A stretch of DNA of 64,000 bases from a virus: IMG/VR virus record IMGVR_UViG_3300020430_000008, positions 1 to 64,000 of that record; one strand, 5' to 3'. Shown one piece after another: positions 36,578-45,777 of this stretch. Under the pieces are notes generated by a model. It was given only the letters and a program-made list of their open reading frames with translations, was not told the origin of the DNA and searched no databases. The position numbers were made by a program, and so were the translations under genes. The number at the start of each line of letters is the position of its first letter. The first letter of the stretch is position 1.

Positions 36578-36751
36578 CTATAACAGCCAGCCGCCAGCAA
36601 GAACTGCTAACGCCAGCAAGCCCCACCAACTAAGACGGTGGTGACCATCTACTACTTCGTCCCAAAGCGCACTGAGGACATCTCCTGCCAATCTCAACGC
36701 ACCCGGCACTAATGCCCAGACTCTGCCTGCTTGTCTCTTAAGCCAATCCAT
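36578..36751 (-). CDS. Unannotated 57-aa membrane protein MDWLKRQAGRVWALVPGALRLAGDVLSALWDEVVDGHHRLSWWGLLALAVLAGGWLL
   Basis: SD GGAGG before ATG 36751 and TAG at 36578; fills the gap between the Rad50 fusion and the holin-like gene; below the ORF-track length cutoff. Confidence 0.75.
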   Translation of the reverse strand: MDWLKRQAGRVWALVPGALRLAGDVLSALWDEVVDGHHRLSWWGLLALAVLAGGWLL

Positions 36752-36762
36752 AATCAAACCTC

Positions 36763-39700
36763 CTATTGATTAACGTGCGCATAGCCTCCCGTCTTATCAA
36801 TAGTAATCTGGGTATCTACGCAATCCTTCAAGCTGTCCAAGTGAGAAATCAAAAGAACTGTCTTGAAGTATGTCTTAATTAGTTCCAAGATACGAATAAA
36901 GCCTTCCATGTTCTCTTCATCGAGCGCAGTACCCGGTTCATCGAGGATAAAAAGATCGCCCTTTGGCAGTGACGACACGCTGAGCAAGGACAATCGGATT
37001 GCCATAGCTGCTAATGTTTTCTCTGCTCCCGAGCCCATTTCCAAAGGTCGGGCTTCGTGTCGAGGATGCTTAATGAAGACATTCATCTTCTTGCCATCAT
37101 CCTCAAAGAAGATCTCAAAATCTACGATGTTAGCCAAGACCTTGGCGATCTCTTCGTTGATCACTGGCAGCTTCTTTTTGATAATGTCGTACGCAATACC
37201 ATTGGAATGCATGCACCTCATGAACAAATCATACGCAGCATATCGCTTTTGCAGATCAGCCAACTCTTGTTGTGCTATCTCGTTAGACTCTACCTTGCTT
37301 TCGACCGAACCGTGTTCCTTATGTAGTTCAAGTAACTCTTCGTTAAGAGCGGAAAGTTTAATATTTGAATCATTGAGTCTCTTTTCGACACGGCTACGAT
37401 CTTTCAACAGCGCCTCTAAGTTCTCAATAGCATCGCGGTTGTCTTCGTACAATCGCTCATTTTCCTCAAGGTCGCCGATCTCCTTCTCAATGCGAATGAT
37501 TGCGGTCTTATTCTTCTGCACCTGCAGTCTGCAATCGGATATCTCGCCCGACAACTCAGCAGATTTGCGCATAAGCTCTTCATACCGCGTCAGATAGCGA
37601 GTCACCCTATCTGGCTCCAGATCGTCGATTTGAGTTTGAAGTGCTGCCATGTCTTCCATAATTGATGCGATTTTTTTCTGCGTCTTGGGCAAGGAAGCCT
37701 TGGCAACGTGAGCGTCTTTTACAAACTTATTCTCGCAACAGAACTTGCAGTCTGGATCGTACTCATGATCCTCAAGCATTCGTATCTTCTTTTCTTGCCG
37801 CGTAGCTTCTGACTGCTCAGTGTCCAGCTTCTTTTGAGAGTCTGCCGTGGATGCCACAAGTCGCTCGATCTGCTTCTGCCTCTCGCGATATGTGTCAATG
37901 TCAAACTCTTTAATGAAGCTGTCCATTCGGATACGAACAGATTCTTTCTGCGCGCAGTCCTTTGACAAGTTTACGTTCTCTGCGCGCAAAGCGCTGGCGC
38001 GCACTCGCTTGTCCGATAGTTTCTTTTTGATGCCGACAATATCGACGATGCCTGACGGCACGCTTTCGATCTTGTTAACAATGTCGTCAAGAGTGTCTTT
38101 GTAATCGTCGCGCTGAGTGCGCTCTGCTACAAGCGCCTGTTGGCACACTCCTAAGCTTTCCAGCACAGTTGCCTCAGCAGACCGCAACTCTTCCATCTCT
38201 GCTTCGTAGTCGCGCTCTTCAAGCCTTTTCAGTGCCCCCTTCATGTCGGCACTGTCTTCCTTTGCGAGCTTGAACTTTTTCTCAAAAACTTCTAGGTCGA
38301 GAAATTTTGCGAAGATTTCTTTGCGTCGAGTCGTGCCCTCGTTAATGAATTGAAGTGCGCCGTGCTGGGACGACATTGACGACAGTAAGAAGTCATCGAG
38401 CGTACCCACTACCTTGCGAATGTTCTTGTCGGTCTCATTACGAGTAAGACCATTTTGGCTAGTAGTGTCTCCCGTCACCAAGCACTCTGAGTTGAACTCA
38501 AGATTTGTCTTGGCTTCGATTGTCTCTTCGCCTTTTAGACGCTTTACATACTTCTCGCACTGGCGGTTGACTGTGTACAGCTTCTCTCCGATCAGGAACT
38601 CAACAGTTGCATCACAGCCGTTCTTGTGCTGATTAATCACGTTCAGGTTCTTGCGTTCGTTTTTCGACGTAGAGTTGAACATGGTGAACAACAGACCATC
38701 GATAATGCTGCTCTTGCCACTGTAGTTTTTGCCGAAGATACCGACAATACCATTGAGCTTTTCAAAGTCAATCGAGTTGCTTTCGCCGTAGTTGAACAGG
38801 TTATCCCACTTGAACGACTGTAGCTTCCAATTAACGTTCCGCGTGATCTCTTCTTCCTTTTCTACAATACGATTATAGTGTCCGTTGATCGAATGAACCT
38901 CGCTCATCAAATCGTCGTCAACCTCGTATTCCTTTAGATACTCTTCAATCAACTCTTCCTGCACAACAGGATCACGCAAGTCTTCCTTGACCAAGTTGTA
39001 CGTCAAAGCATCGACGTTTCCACGCTCGCCAGCCGCACGATTAAGGAAAGTAATTGACTCAGGTTTAAAGCGATGCTTGGCAACGTCAAGAGCCTTCTTC
39101 ATGCGGTTTAGAGGAAGATTATTATTTGACACCAACCGCAGGCGAGCGCCCTTTGTGATCTCAATATTCTTTGGCATACGTCCCTTTGGCGTCAACTCAA
39201 TAGTGACGAAAGGCTTAGGATTCTTGAACGCAACGTGCTTTACGTCCCACGTATCGCGGTCCTTAATATCCCATATCAGCAGCCCCTTGTCGTTTGTTTC
39301 ACCATGGTTCTGCTGGATAGTGGAGCCGGGGTAGCGAATGCGACCTTCATCATCGAGCACCTGATTCGTCTTGTGGATATCTCCCAAGAACGCAAAGTCG
39401 AACTTGTCGAAGATTTTGATATCGTGTTCGCCATGCTCCATGACCCAGCCAGCATCAGTCTTGACGCCAGAAATAGAACCATGATACAGAGCGATGTTAA
39501 TCTTGTCTGAGTCGGTCGGATCTGTCCAGTTATCCTCGTCGAACACAGATAACACGTTTAGCGTATAATCGGCGTTTAAAGGCGTTTCTCCGGCGTTCTT
39601 AAGCAGATGCAAGTCCTGCAAGTCAAGAGCCTCTACAATGGGCGTAATGGCGTCCTGACGGCTGCTGTTACGCAGGTTACCATCGTGGTTACCCAAGATA

Positions 39701-39924
39701 ACATATGTCGGAGCAATGTCCACAAGATTGCGAAAAAAGTCAGAACAAAGCTCCACAAACTCTGGAGAGATTTGCGTCTTGGTGTGTGCGATATCGCCAC
39801 AGTGTACGATGCAGTCTACCTCTTCATCGCGCAGCGCTTGATATAGCTGCTTGAACACTTCCTTGTATTCGTAATGGTACTTCAAATTTTTAATATGCGT
39901 ATCCGCAATATGAGCAAACTTCAT
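36763..39924 (-). CDS. Mre11-Rad50 (SbcD-SbcC, T4 gp47-gp46) fusion nuclease/ATPase
   Basis: Phosphoesterase motifs ADTH, GDIAH, GNHD, LGDIH, YPGS. Walker A GKNYSGKSS, Zn-hook CKFC, signature GSGAE, Walker B ILDEP, H-loop ISH. SD AGGAGG before ATG 39924. Confidence 0.93.
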   Translation of the reverse strand: MKFAHIADTHIKNLKYHYEYKEVFKQLYQALRDEEVDCIVHCGDIAHTKTQISPEFVELCSDFFRNLVDIAPTYVILGNHDGNLRNSSRQDAITPIVEALDLQDLHLLKNAGETPLNADYTLNVLSVFDEDNWTDPTDSDKINIALYHGSISGVKTDAGWVMEHGEHDIKIFDKFDFAFLGDIHKTNQVLDDEGRIRYPGSTIQQNHGETNDKGLLIWDIKDRDTWDVKHVAFKNPKPFVTIELTPKGRMPKNIEITKGARLRLVSNNNLPLNRMKKALDVAKHRFKPESITFLNRAAGERGNVDALTYNLVKEDLRDPVVQEELIEEYLKEYEVDDDLMSEVHSINGHYNRIVEKEEEITRNVNWKLQSFKWDNLFNYGESNSIDFEKLNGIVGIFGKNYSGKSSIIDGLLFTMFNSTSKNERKNLNVINQHKNGCDATVEFLIGEKLYTVNRQCEKYVKRLKGEETIEAKTNLEFNSECLVTGDTTSQNGLTRNETDKNIRKVVGTLDDFLLSSMSSQHGALQFINEGTTRRKEIFAKFLDLEVFEKKFKLAKEDSADMKGALKRLEERDYEAEMEELRSAEATVLESLGVCQQALVAERTQRDDYKDTLDDIVNKIESVPSGIVDIVGIKKKLSDKRVRASALRAENVNLSKDCAQKESVRIRMDSFIKEFDIDTYRERQKQIERLVASTADSQKKLDTEQSEATRQEKKIRMLEDHEYDPDCKFCCENKFVKDAHVAKASLPKTQKKIASIMEDMAALQTQIDDLEPDRVTRYLTRYEELMRKSAELSGEISDCRLQVQKNKTAIIRIEKEIGDLEENERLYEDNRDAIENLEALLKDRSRVEKRLNDSNIKLSALNEELLELHKEHGSVESKVESNEIAQQELADLQKRYAAYDLFMRCMHSNGIAYDIIKKKLPVINEEIAKVLANIVDFEIFFEDDGKKMNVFIKHPRHEARPLEMGSGAEKTLAAMAIRLSLLSVSSLPKGDLFILDEPGTALDEENMEGFIRILELIKTYFKTVLLISHLDSLKDCVDTQITIDKTGGYAHVNQ

Positions 39925-39932
39925 TTTGCCTC

Positions 39933-40115
39933 CTAAAATCTTGGGTGATCCCACGAAGGTTTATGCACGTTTCGCATTTCTTCCTCGTAGTGTTTTCTGT
40001 ATTCTTTAATGTTCTTTGATTCTTTGCGCGCAGGTTCTGTCATGCCGATAAACATACCGAACAGGAACACAGCACCATAGCTGCAAAGCAAAGCCAACAA
40101 TAGACTCGCTGACAT
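39933..40115 (-). CDS. Small membrane protein
   Basis: 60 aa with an N-terminal hydrophobic helix; SD AGGAGG. Confidence 0.65.
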   Translation of the reverse strand: MSASLLLALLCSYGAVFLFGMFIGMTEPARKESKNIKEYRKHYEEEMRNVHKPSWDHPRF

Positions 40116-40123
40116 TCTTCCTC

Positions 40124-41068
40124 CTAAATACGAATAGAGGATACCGCATCGCTCAGAATGTACGATGTGTCCTCAATCCGCTTTGCCTCTATCTTTCTCT
40201 TGGCAAACTCTTCTTTTGTGATAGAGCCGATGTCTTCAATATCGTCAGTGTCAATCTTGTACACTTCCATGTCATACTGCAGCAGGCTCTTAATAATCTT
40301 ACGTTCCTTTTGTGATGCATCTGAGTCGAGCGCGATGTAGATGCGAGGGCTTTCATGCACCAGACGCGCAAACAATGACGTATTGCGATTCAATGTCGAG
40401 CCAAGAATCGGAATAGCGTTGCCAGCAACAATCGCGTCGAACACGCCCTCTACCAAAATAATGTCCTCATCCCAATCAAGGTACAACTCATTGAAAACAA
40501 TGTCTCTGCTGGCTGGTGGGTTTTTATACCTCATCCATGACCCGTCATATGCGCGTGCAATAAAGTAATTGACATATCCTTCCATGTCAAAGCTTGGAAT
40601 GAGAACGCGACCTGCATACTCACCTGACGGACAGTAGCCAATCTTCCATTTCAAAATCTCATCTTTGCCGATGCCGCGTGCTTTCAAATAGTTAAGCACT
40701 GGTATAGTTGCGGGAGAAAGCTCCTTGCGTGCCAAAGTCTTAAACTCAGGCGGCAGTGGTACACGCTGGATTACTTGTGGATCTTCATCCTCGTTTGCAA
40801 AAATGCTATCAAAATCCGTAACGTCGTGGCGACCAGTGATTCGATCCCACTCGGTCACCTGTGCATAACTGCCGAACTTACGAATCAAACGGCGAATGTT
40901 CTTGCCACGCGCATCACAAATCCAGCACTTGTAAACGTTCGCCCGAACATTCACAGAGAGCTTGTGCTTGTGGTGCTTGCAGAACGGACAATAAAACAAA
41001 GTCTCATCGCCCGCAACGCGGTAGTCGCCCAAGCAGGACGCAACAATCTTTAGCTTTTCGTTATGCAT
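40124..41068 (-). CDS. DNA primase (Zn-finger plus TOPRIM, DnaG/gp61-like)
   Basis: CPFC...CWIC zinc finger, YLKARG, GRVLIP, RYKNP, LVEGVFDA and ALDSDA motifs. Confidence 0.9.
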   Translation of the reverse strand: MHNEKLKIVASCLGDYRVAGDETLFYCPFCKHHKHKLSVNVRANVYKCWICDARGKNIRRLIRKFGSYAQVTEWDRITGRHDVTDFDSIFANEDEDPQVIQRVPLPPEFKTLARKELSPATIPVLNYLKARGIGKDEILKWKIGYCPSGEYAGRVLIPSFDMEGYVNYFIARAYDGSWMRYKNPPASRDIVFNELYLDWDEDIILVEGVFDAIVAGNAIPILGSTLNRNTSLFARLVHESPRIYIALDSDASQKERKIIKSLLQYDMEVYKIDTDDIEDIGSITKEEFAKRKIEAKRIEDTSYILSDAVSSIRI

Positions 41069-41076
41069 GCAGGTCT

Positions 41077-41105
41077 ACTATACCCCATAGAATAACTGCT
41101 GTCAA
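41077..41105 (-). promoter_or_regulatory. Near-consensus sigma70 promoter TTGACA-N17-TATAGT for the primase operon
   Basis: -35 at 41100-41105, 17-nt spacer, -10 at 41077-41082, 8 nt before the primase ATG. Confidence 0.8.
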
Positions 41106-41638
41106 GAGTTTTCTTCAAAAATCTTTATGCCACCAAGTGCGATAACCACAGCATCAGCCCTGTCGTCTGTTCCCGGCTGTGGGTTGCCCTTGTATGTCAG
41201 GGTGTATTGAAAGTTTTCAAACAATGCCTCAACGTGATCAATGACCACCTTTTTGGCAAGACTCTTTGTGCCCTTGCCGCGTGGAATCTTGATGCCCAGC
41301 GCCTTACGTGCTTGGCGCACATCTATAAGCTCTGGGTTTTCTTTGAATACCTTTCTACATGCATAGCTGCACATGCCATTGAATCTCTGCAACTTTGCCA
41401 TAACATGCGCGGTAGAGCCTGAGCGAAAGTTAATTGCTGGCTTTTCAATAAACACGTAGAACGGGGTGTACTTTGTGTTTACCTTGCGCATGATTGACTC
41501 AAAAATAGCAGCGCGATCCTCAAGCGGAAGCTCTGACTTGAACTTGATCAAATCACTGTGTAGCAGTTTGTCGTCGGCATCAAGCACAGCGATGCCTATT
41601 CTTGTGGTGCTGATATCCAGCCCCAATGTATTACTCAT
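41102..41638 (-). CDS. RuvC-like Holliday junction resolvase
   Basis: LGLDISTTRIG, FIEKP and DDRADAVVIA catalytic acidic motifs. Confidence 0.85.
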   Translation of the reverse strand: MSNTLGLDISTTRIGIAVLDADDKLLHSDLIKFKSELPLEDRAAIFESIMRKVNTKYTPFYVFIEKPAINFRSGSTAHVMAKLQRFNGMCSYACRKVFKENPELIDVRQARKALGIKIPRGKGTKSLAKKVVIDHVEALFENFQYTLTYKGNPQPGTDDRADAVVIALGGIKIFEENS

Positions 41639-41639
41639 C

Positions 41640-42926
41640 TTAAAAATCTACTTTTAACTTAAATGTGAAGTCGCGTTCTGGCGTCTTCTTTACTGGTTTT
41701 GCTAGCTTAGCAATCCCGATGCAGTTCATTTGATCATCATAAATCTTAACTTCTGTGATAAACGTGGTTTTCTTGAAGCTGCCCGTGATGCTGTTGTAGG
41801 CGCTGTATACAACATTATTAATTTGTTGTTTGTCGTGCTCTCTGTAAATCGTAGAGCCCGTAATCGTTGCAACTGAACCTGACTCATCCCACGAAGACGA
41901 GTGTGCAATGTATGTCGGGTTGTTGGAGTGGTTTAGTTTGTTCTTGGGAGCGCGGCAAAACATTGTGACCGTAGGAATGTAGTTTGTTCCTCGGAATGAG
42001 ATCGAGTATGACGAACCAGTAACATTGTCACTCTTCATGTCAACATACTCAAGCACCTTGTTTACTGCCTGATCCATGCCCTCTAATGTTCCTTCATCTC
42101 TTTCTTCCAATGCTCTGGTGGGGATTCCATATCCGAAGTTGACCCACTGAGATGTGACTAAATCGCCGGCACCTGCACTTCGATAGTTCCTCTCAATACT
42201 ATCAATATCCCACGAACCTGTCAAGAGAAAAATGCCGGCTTCATATAAAACTACGCCCGCAACAGAACCGGAACCAACCGATCCTGTAGGTCCAATCTGG
42301 ACTAATTCGCCATCTCTGTAAATATCAGAAAGTTCTCCAGCGAGCGTTCCAGAAATGTAGTAGCGCAAATTGATGGTGCCTTTCTTAATCGACGAGCCAT
42401 AAAAAATCGATGGCACATCAATAAGGTTCATCTCTTGCGTGCTCTTGTCCCACGTACCAATCGAAGCATCAGAACCGGTAAAGGCGAAATGCGCGCTGGT
42501 AGTGGAGGCTTTGTTTAAGATGCTTTTGAGCGCGAACACATGCTTGCGACTGTCGTTCTCGCGATAGTAAATGCGCTGGATAGATGCGGTCAAGGGGTAG
42601 CTGCCGGTAATCTCGTCACCGTACTGCATACTATGAAAGCCTGTAGAACTGACTGTGCCGAACGTGTGCATCGAACTGCCCTTGACAATGAAAGGATACG
42701 TGAAGTTATTAGAACCACTAAGCTTGTCAACATTTTTCTCGTAAAGCGATACATAGCCAGACTCAGGGCTACCTAAATCAAACTGTCCAAGAATCTCAGG
42801 ACGATTGTTATAATAAACTTTGCTAGTCGTATCGCCCGGTCCACGCGCAATAGTAAACTCGACTTTCGGATGTGTCTTGATCCGATTGTAAATCAGATCT
42901 CTTTTCTTAAACTTGTAGTATGGCAT
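41640..42926 (-). CDS. Baseplate/tail-collar-like structural protein (paralog of 43572-44735)
   Basis: C-terminal FCRA...NHSNNPTY...ITEVKIYD...IGIAKLAKPVKK...FKLKVDF. Confidence 0.6.
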   Translation of the reverse strand: MPYYKFKKRDLIYNRIKTHPKVEFTIARGPGDTTSKVYYNNRPEILGQFDLGSPESGYVSLYEKNVDKLSGSNNFTYPFIVKGSSMHTFGTVSSTGFHSMQYGDEITGSYPLTASIQRIYYRENDSRKHVFALKSILNKASTTSAHFAFTGSDASIGTWDKSTQEMNLIDVPSIFYGSSIKKGTINLRYYISGTLAGELSDIYRDGELVQIGPTGSVGSGSVAGVVLYEAGIFLLTGSWDIDSIERNYRSAGAGDLVTSQWVNFGYGIPTRALEERDEGTLEGMDQAVNKVLEYVDMKSDNVTGSSYSISFRGTNYIPTVTMFCRAPKNKLNHSNNPTYIAHSSSWDESGSVATITGSTIYREHDKQQINNVVYSAYNSITGSFKKTTFITEVKIYDDQMNCIGIAKLAKPVKKTPERDFTFKLKVDF

Positions 42927-42935
42927 TTTAAATAA

Positions 42936-43559
42936 CTAGTCTAAAGCGCTATATCCAATCGCTTTGGCAAATTCCTTGAACAGATTTTTCTTTGATGCTT
43001 CGTTGGGCATCATCTCATAAACCATAGGATATGTCTTTTTGATACCTTCAATCGTCAATCGCAATTCTTTGTTCTTTGCCTCAAGCATCATGATATGCTC
43101 TTTAGTTGGGGTCGGCAAACTAATGCCGAGATCGGTGGCAATACACAACAGTCGATACCACTCGCGCTTGGAAGACGCATCTTGTGCATCCTTGAACATA
43201 TGCTCACGGCGCTGTTGCTCTTCTTCCGACATATGCATGATCTTGTCAGGATGAGTGGCTTTCGCAATCTTTTTGAACACAGAATTCGCAACAGCGTTCA
43301 TTCGCTTTCTTTTGTCTTCGTTCTCTGTTGGCTCTAGCTCGGTGAACTCTTCTTCGGGATCATCGCCGATATCGCCTGTTTTTAGAATACGCTCTTCGGG
43401 GCTGATAAGCTCTTTTTCGACAGCGTACTCTTCAAACGCCTCTGAAAACTTTCTTTGCGCTGACTCATATGCCATCCTGTGATAGTCATAATCAGCAGTA
43501 AGATACCGAAGCTCTAAGATTAGCTTCTCGTATTTCTTCTTAAGTTTAGGTGTGATCAT
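42936..43559 (-). CDS. J-domain (DnaJ-like HPD) co-chaperone protein
   Basis: VFKKIAKATHPDK...MFKDAQDA matches J-domain helix II-HPD-helix III. Confidence 0.75.
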   Translation of the reverse strand: MITPKLKKKYEKLILELRYLTADYDYHRMAYESAQRKFSEAFEEYAVEKELISPEERILKTGDIGDDPEEEFTELEPTENEDKRKRMNAVANSVFKKIAKATHPDKIMHMSEEEQQRREHMFKDAQDASSKREWYRLLCIATDLGISLPTPTKEHIMMLEAKNKELRLTIEGIKKTYPMVYEMMPNEASKKNLFKEFAKAIGYSALD

Positions 43560-43571
43560 GAGAAAGCCCGC

Positions 43572-44735
43572 CTAGTAATCTAGGCGAACTCTCAGTGTCA
43601 ACTCGTTTGTTGGGTCTTTCTTCAACGGCTCTGAAAGCTTTGCCACAGCCATTAGCTCATTGTCTGATGAGTAAAGTCCGACACCAGTAACATAAGCAAC
43701 TGGAGTATCGCCTGCAACGTTCTTAACTCGAATCTTAGAGCTATTCAAGTACGTTGGGTTAGAACTGTAGTTGAACTCGTTGTGGTTCAAGCGACAGAAG
43801 TAAATCGTTGAGTTAAGCTCTGTCGTGTTGTTGAAGGACATGTTATACATACGGCTTCTGAGGGCTGTACACGAAGACGAAATCTCCGAGCCAGTCAACA
43901 TTTGATTGACATAAAAAAGTTGCCCAATCTCTGGACCCATGTGTACACTGGCGCTTGCAGCAATATCATCGCCCAAAATTCCACCACCGCCGGCAGTAGA
44001 ACCGTCAGATGATGCTGAGTGATGATCGAAAACTGACGCCGTAAGAACTGCCACACCAGCTTGATAATAAAGCAAACCAGCCTTAACTCTTTCGGTGCCT
44101 CCAGATGTACCGGGACCATGAACGAAAGTGCTGCTACCATCGCCGTCATAACTTGTCTCTGCATAAAGCACAGCATAATCTCCAGCAGGAGAGTTTACAC
44201 GATAGTCATTTTGAGCATTGTAATCAGTAAGCTTAATGCGTCGATGGAAAGAAGCAGAAAGACCGGGAGCAACGCCAAGCTCTAAAGAGAACGAGCCCTT
44301 CTTGATCTCGTCCTTGGTAAGCAAGCGCGCCATGTTAATGAAGAAACACTCACGCAGCTTAGTTCCACCAGTCAAATCACCGTCCTCGTCAAACTCTTGA
44401 ATGACACCAGAAGAGCTATGCCCAACAAGCACCTTAGCCATTTGGTTATAGATATTAATCTTCTTAGCGTTTTGCGTGCTCGTAGAAGCAGACAAATCAG
44501 AATTAGCTGAGTAGCCCATCGTAATATCAAAAATGTGGTTTGCAGAAGAACTGAGGTATGGGTAATCGTATACGCTCTGGAACATTCCGTGAGCATAGTT
44601 CTTGATATTAACCTCGGAAGTACCTTCCATGTATGTACCGGAAATCACCGTTCCAGTAAGAGGGATAGCTTCGTTCAGAAGCGTCTTGGTTGAAACAATA
44701 TCATTGTTTGAAAAAGTCTTATATGTTGTCGCCAT
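43572..44735 (-). CDS. Baseplate/tail-collar-like structural protein
   Basis: C-terminal FCRLNHNEFNYSSNPTY...VGLYSSDNELMAVAKLSEPLKK...RVRLDY. Confidence 0.6.
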   Translation of the reverse strand: MATTYKTFSNNDIVSTKTLLNEAIPLTGTVISGTYMEGTSEVNIKNYAHGMFQSVYDYPYLSSSANHIFDITMGYSANSDLSASTSTQNAKKINIYNQMAKVLVGHSSSGVIQEFDEDGDLTGGTKLRECFFINMARLLTKDEIKKGSFSLELGVAPGLSASFHRRIKLTDYNAQNDYRVNSPAGDYAVLYAETSYDGDGSSTFVHGPGTSGGTERVKAGLLYYQAGVAVLTASVFDHHSASSDGSTAGGGGILGDDIAASASVHMGPEIGQLFYVNQMLTGSEISSSCTALRSRMYNMSFNNTTELNSTIYFCRLNHNEFNYSSNPTYLNSSKIRVKNVAGDTPVAYVTGVGLYSSDNELMAVAKLSEPLKKDPTNELTLRVRLDY

Positions 44736-44745
44736 GTCTTATTCC

Positions 44746-45699
44746 TTATGCCTTCTTAACAAATCTCACTGGAATGTCCAAGCTGTATCCGGTAGTAGCG
44801 CCGGTTACGCGCACAATAGTATCAATGTAATTCGTGAAGCTTGAAGCGACCGGTCCATTGTCAGTGCTACGGTTAATGCTGACCGTGCCTGTTCCACCGA
44901 TAAGGTCAAACAGATATGTGCTGGTATTCAACTCCAAACTTGCTTGGATTCTGAACTTAAGGATTGTACCGCGAGGTCCAGTGATGACCTGCGTGTTATC
45001 CTGTGTAGAAGTTGAAGTGCTCTCGTTAGAACTCACGTACCCACTATCGTTGAGAGTCAGGTAATAGCTTGCAATGTTGTCATCATCAATAAACGATGGG
45101 TCAGCGAGCGAAGTCTTTGTGGGGTGAGCGATTCGACCGAGGCGGTTGTCAATCTCGACAATGTATGCAGTCTCAGCCAAGTCGGAATCAATAGTGAACG
45201 AAGGGGGAATCTCACTGGTGTTGAGCCCTTGATCAATACGAATATGGGACGGAGAGTTAAGCGACTCACCAGCAAGTACACCGTTGGTTTGCGATGCATT
45301 TAAGCCACCAGTTGAGTTTGCTTCTGTATCGGCATCAACTGCCACAACAAACGTGGACACGCTATCAAGCGTGGTCAACGACGCATCAGGAGCGTTGTTG
45401 TTAAGCTTTAGAATCGGCAGATAAAGCAAGTTGGTACGAGAGATGGAAAGCAGCTTGCTCTTCATCATAGAGCCATTGTTAGTAAATGCCTCCATTACCG
45501 GTGATTGCAAAATCTCCAGATCATAGTATGCGCTACCATTAGCGTGATCTTTATTATAAAGTGAGTAATCAATCTCATCGTCGCAAAGTGCGAACTTACT
45601 GATTTTGAAGGAGCCGTCGCCCTTCGCGAGTCGAAATCTGCCCGTGTCAGTCAAAACTGCATCGAGGATAATATCGCCCGAATTATCTAAGAATCCCAT
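44746..45699 (-). CDS. Baseplate/tail-collar-like structural protein
   Basis: N-terminal LDAVLTDTGRFRLAKG...ISKFALCDDEIDYSLY. Confidence 0.6.
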   Translation of the reverse strand: MGFLDNSGDIILDAVLTDTGRFRLAKGDGSFKISKFALCDDEIDYSLYNKDHANGSAYYDLEILQSPVMEAFTNNGSMMKSKLLSISRTNLLYLPILKLNNNAPDASLTTLDSVSTFVVAVDADTEANSTGGLNASQTNGVLAGESLNSPSHIRIDQGLNTSEIPPSFTIDSDLAETAYIVEIDNRLGRIAHPTKTSLADPSFIDDDNIASYYLTLNDSGYVSSNESTSTSTQDNTQVITGPRGTILKFRIQASLELNTSTYLFDLIGGTGTVSINRSTDNGPVASSFTNYIDTIVRVTGATTGYSLDIPVRFVKKA

Positions 45700-45720
45700 T
45701 AAACTCTTGTCTCCGTTTCT

Positions 45721-45747
45721 TAATTAGTTTATTATACAGTAAATAGT
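45721..45747 (-). promoter_or_regulatory. Two tandem late-promoter-like motifs (ACTATTTAC and ACTAATTA)
   Basis: Intergenic, at 45739-45747 and 45721-45728. Confidence 0.55.
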
Positions 45748-45777
45748 GCTTTCTCTTAAAACATTCTTTTCCGTGCG

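Noticed and set aside
32943-41068. Inteins or introns in terminase, primase or the Rad50 fusion
   Set aside because: Lengths and motif spacing look normal, and I saw no intein splice motifs or homing endonuclease.
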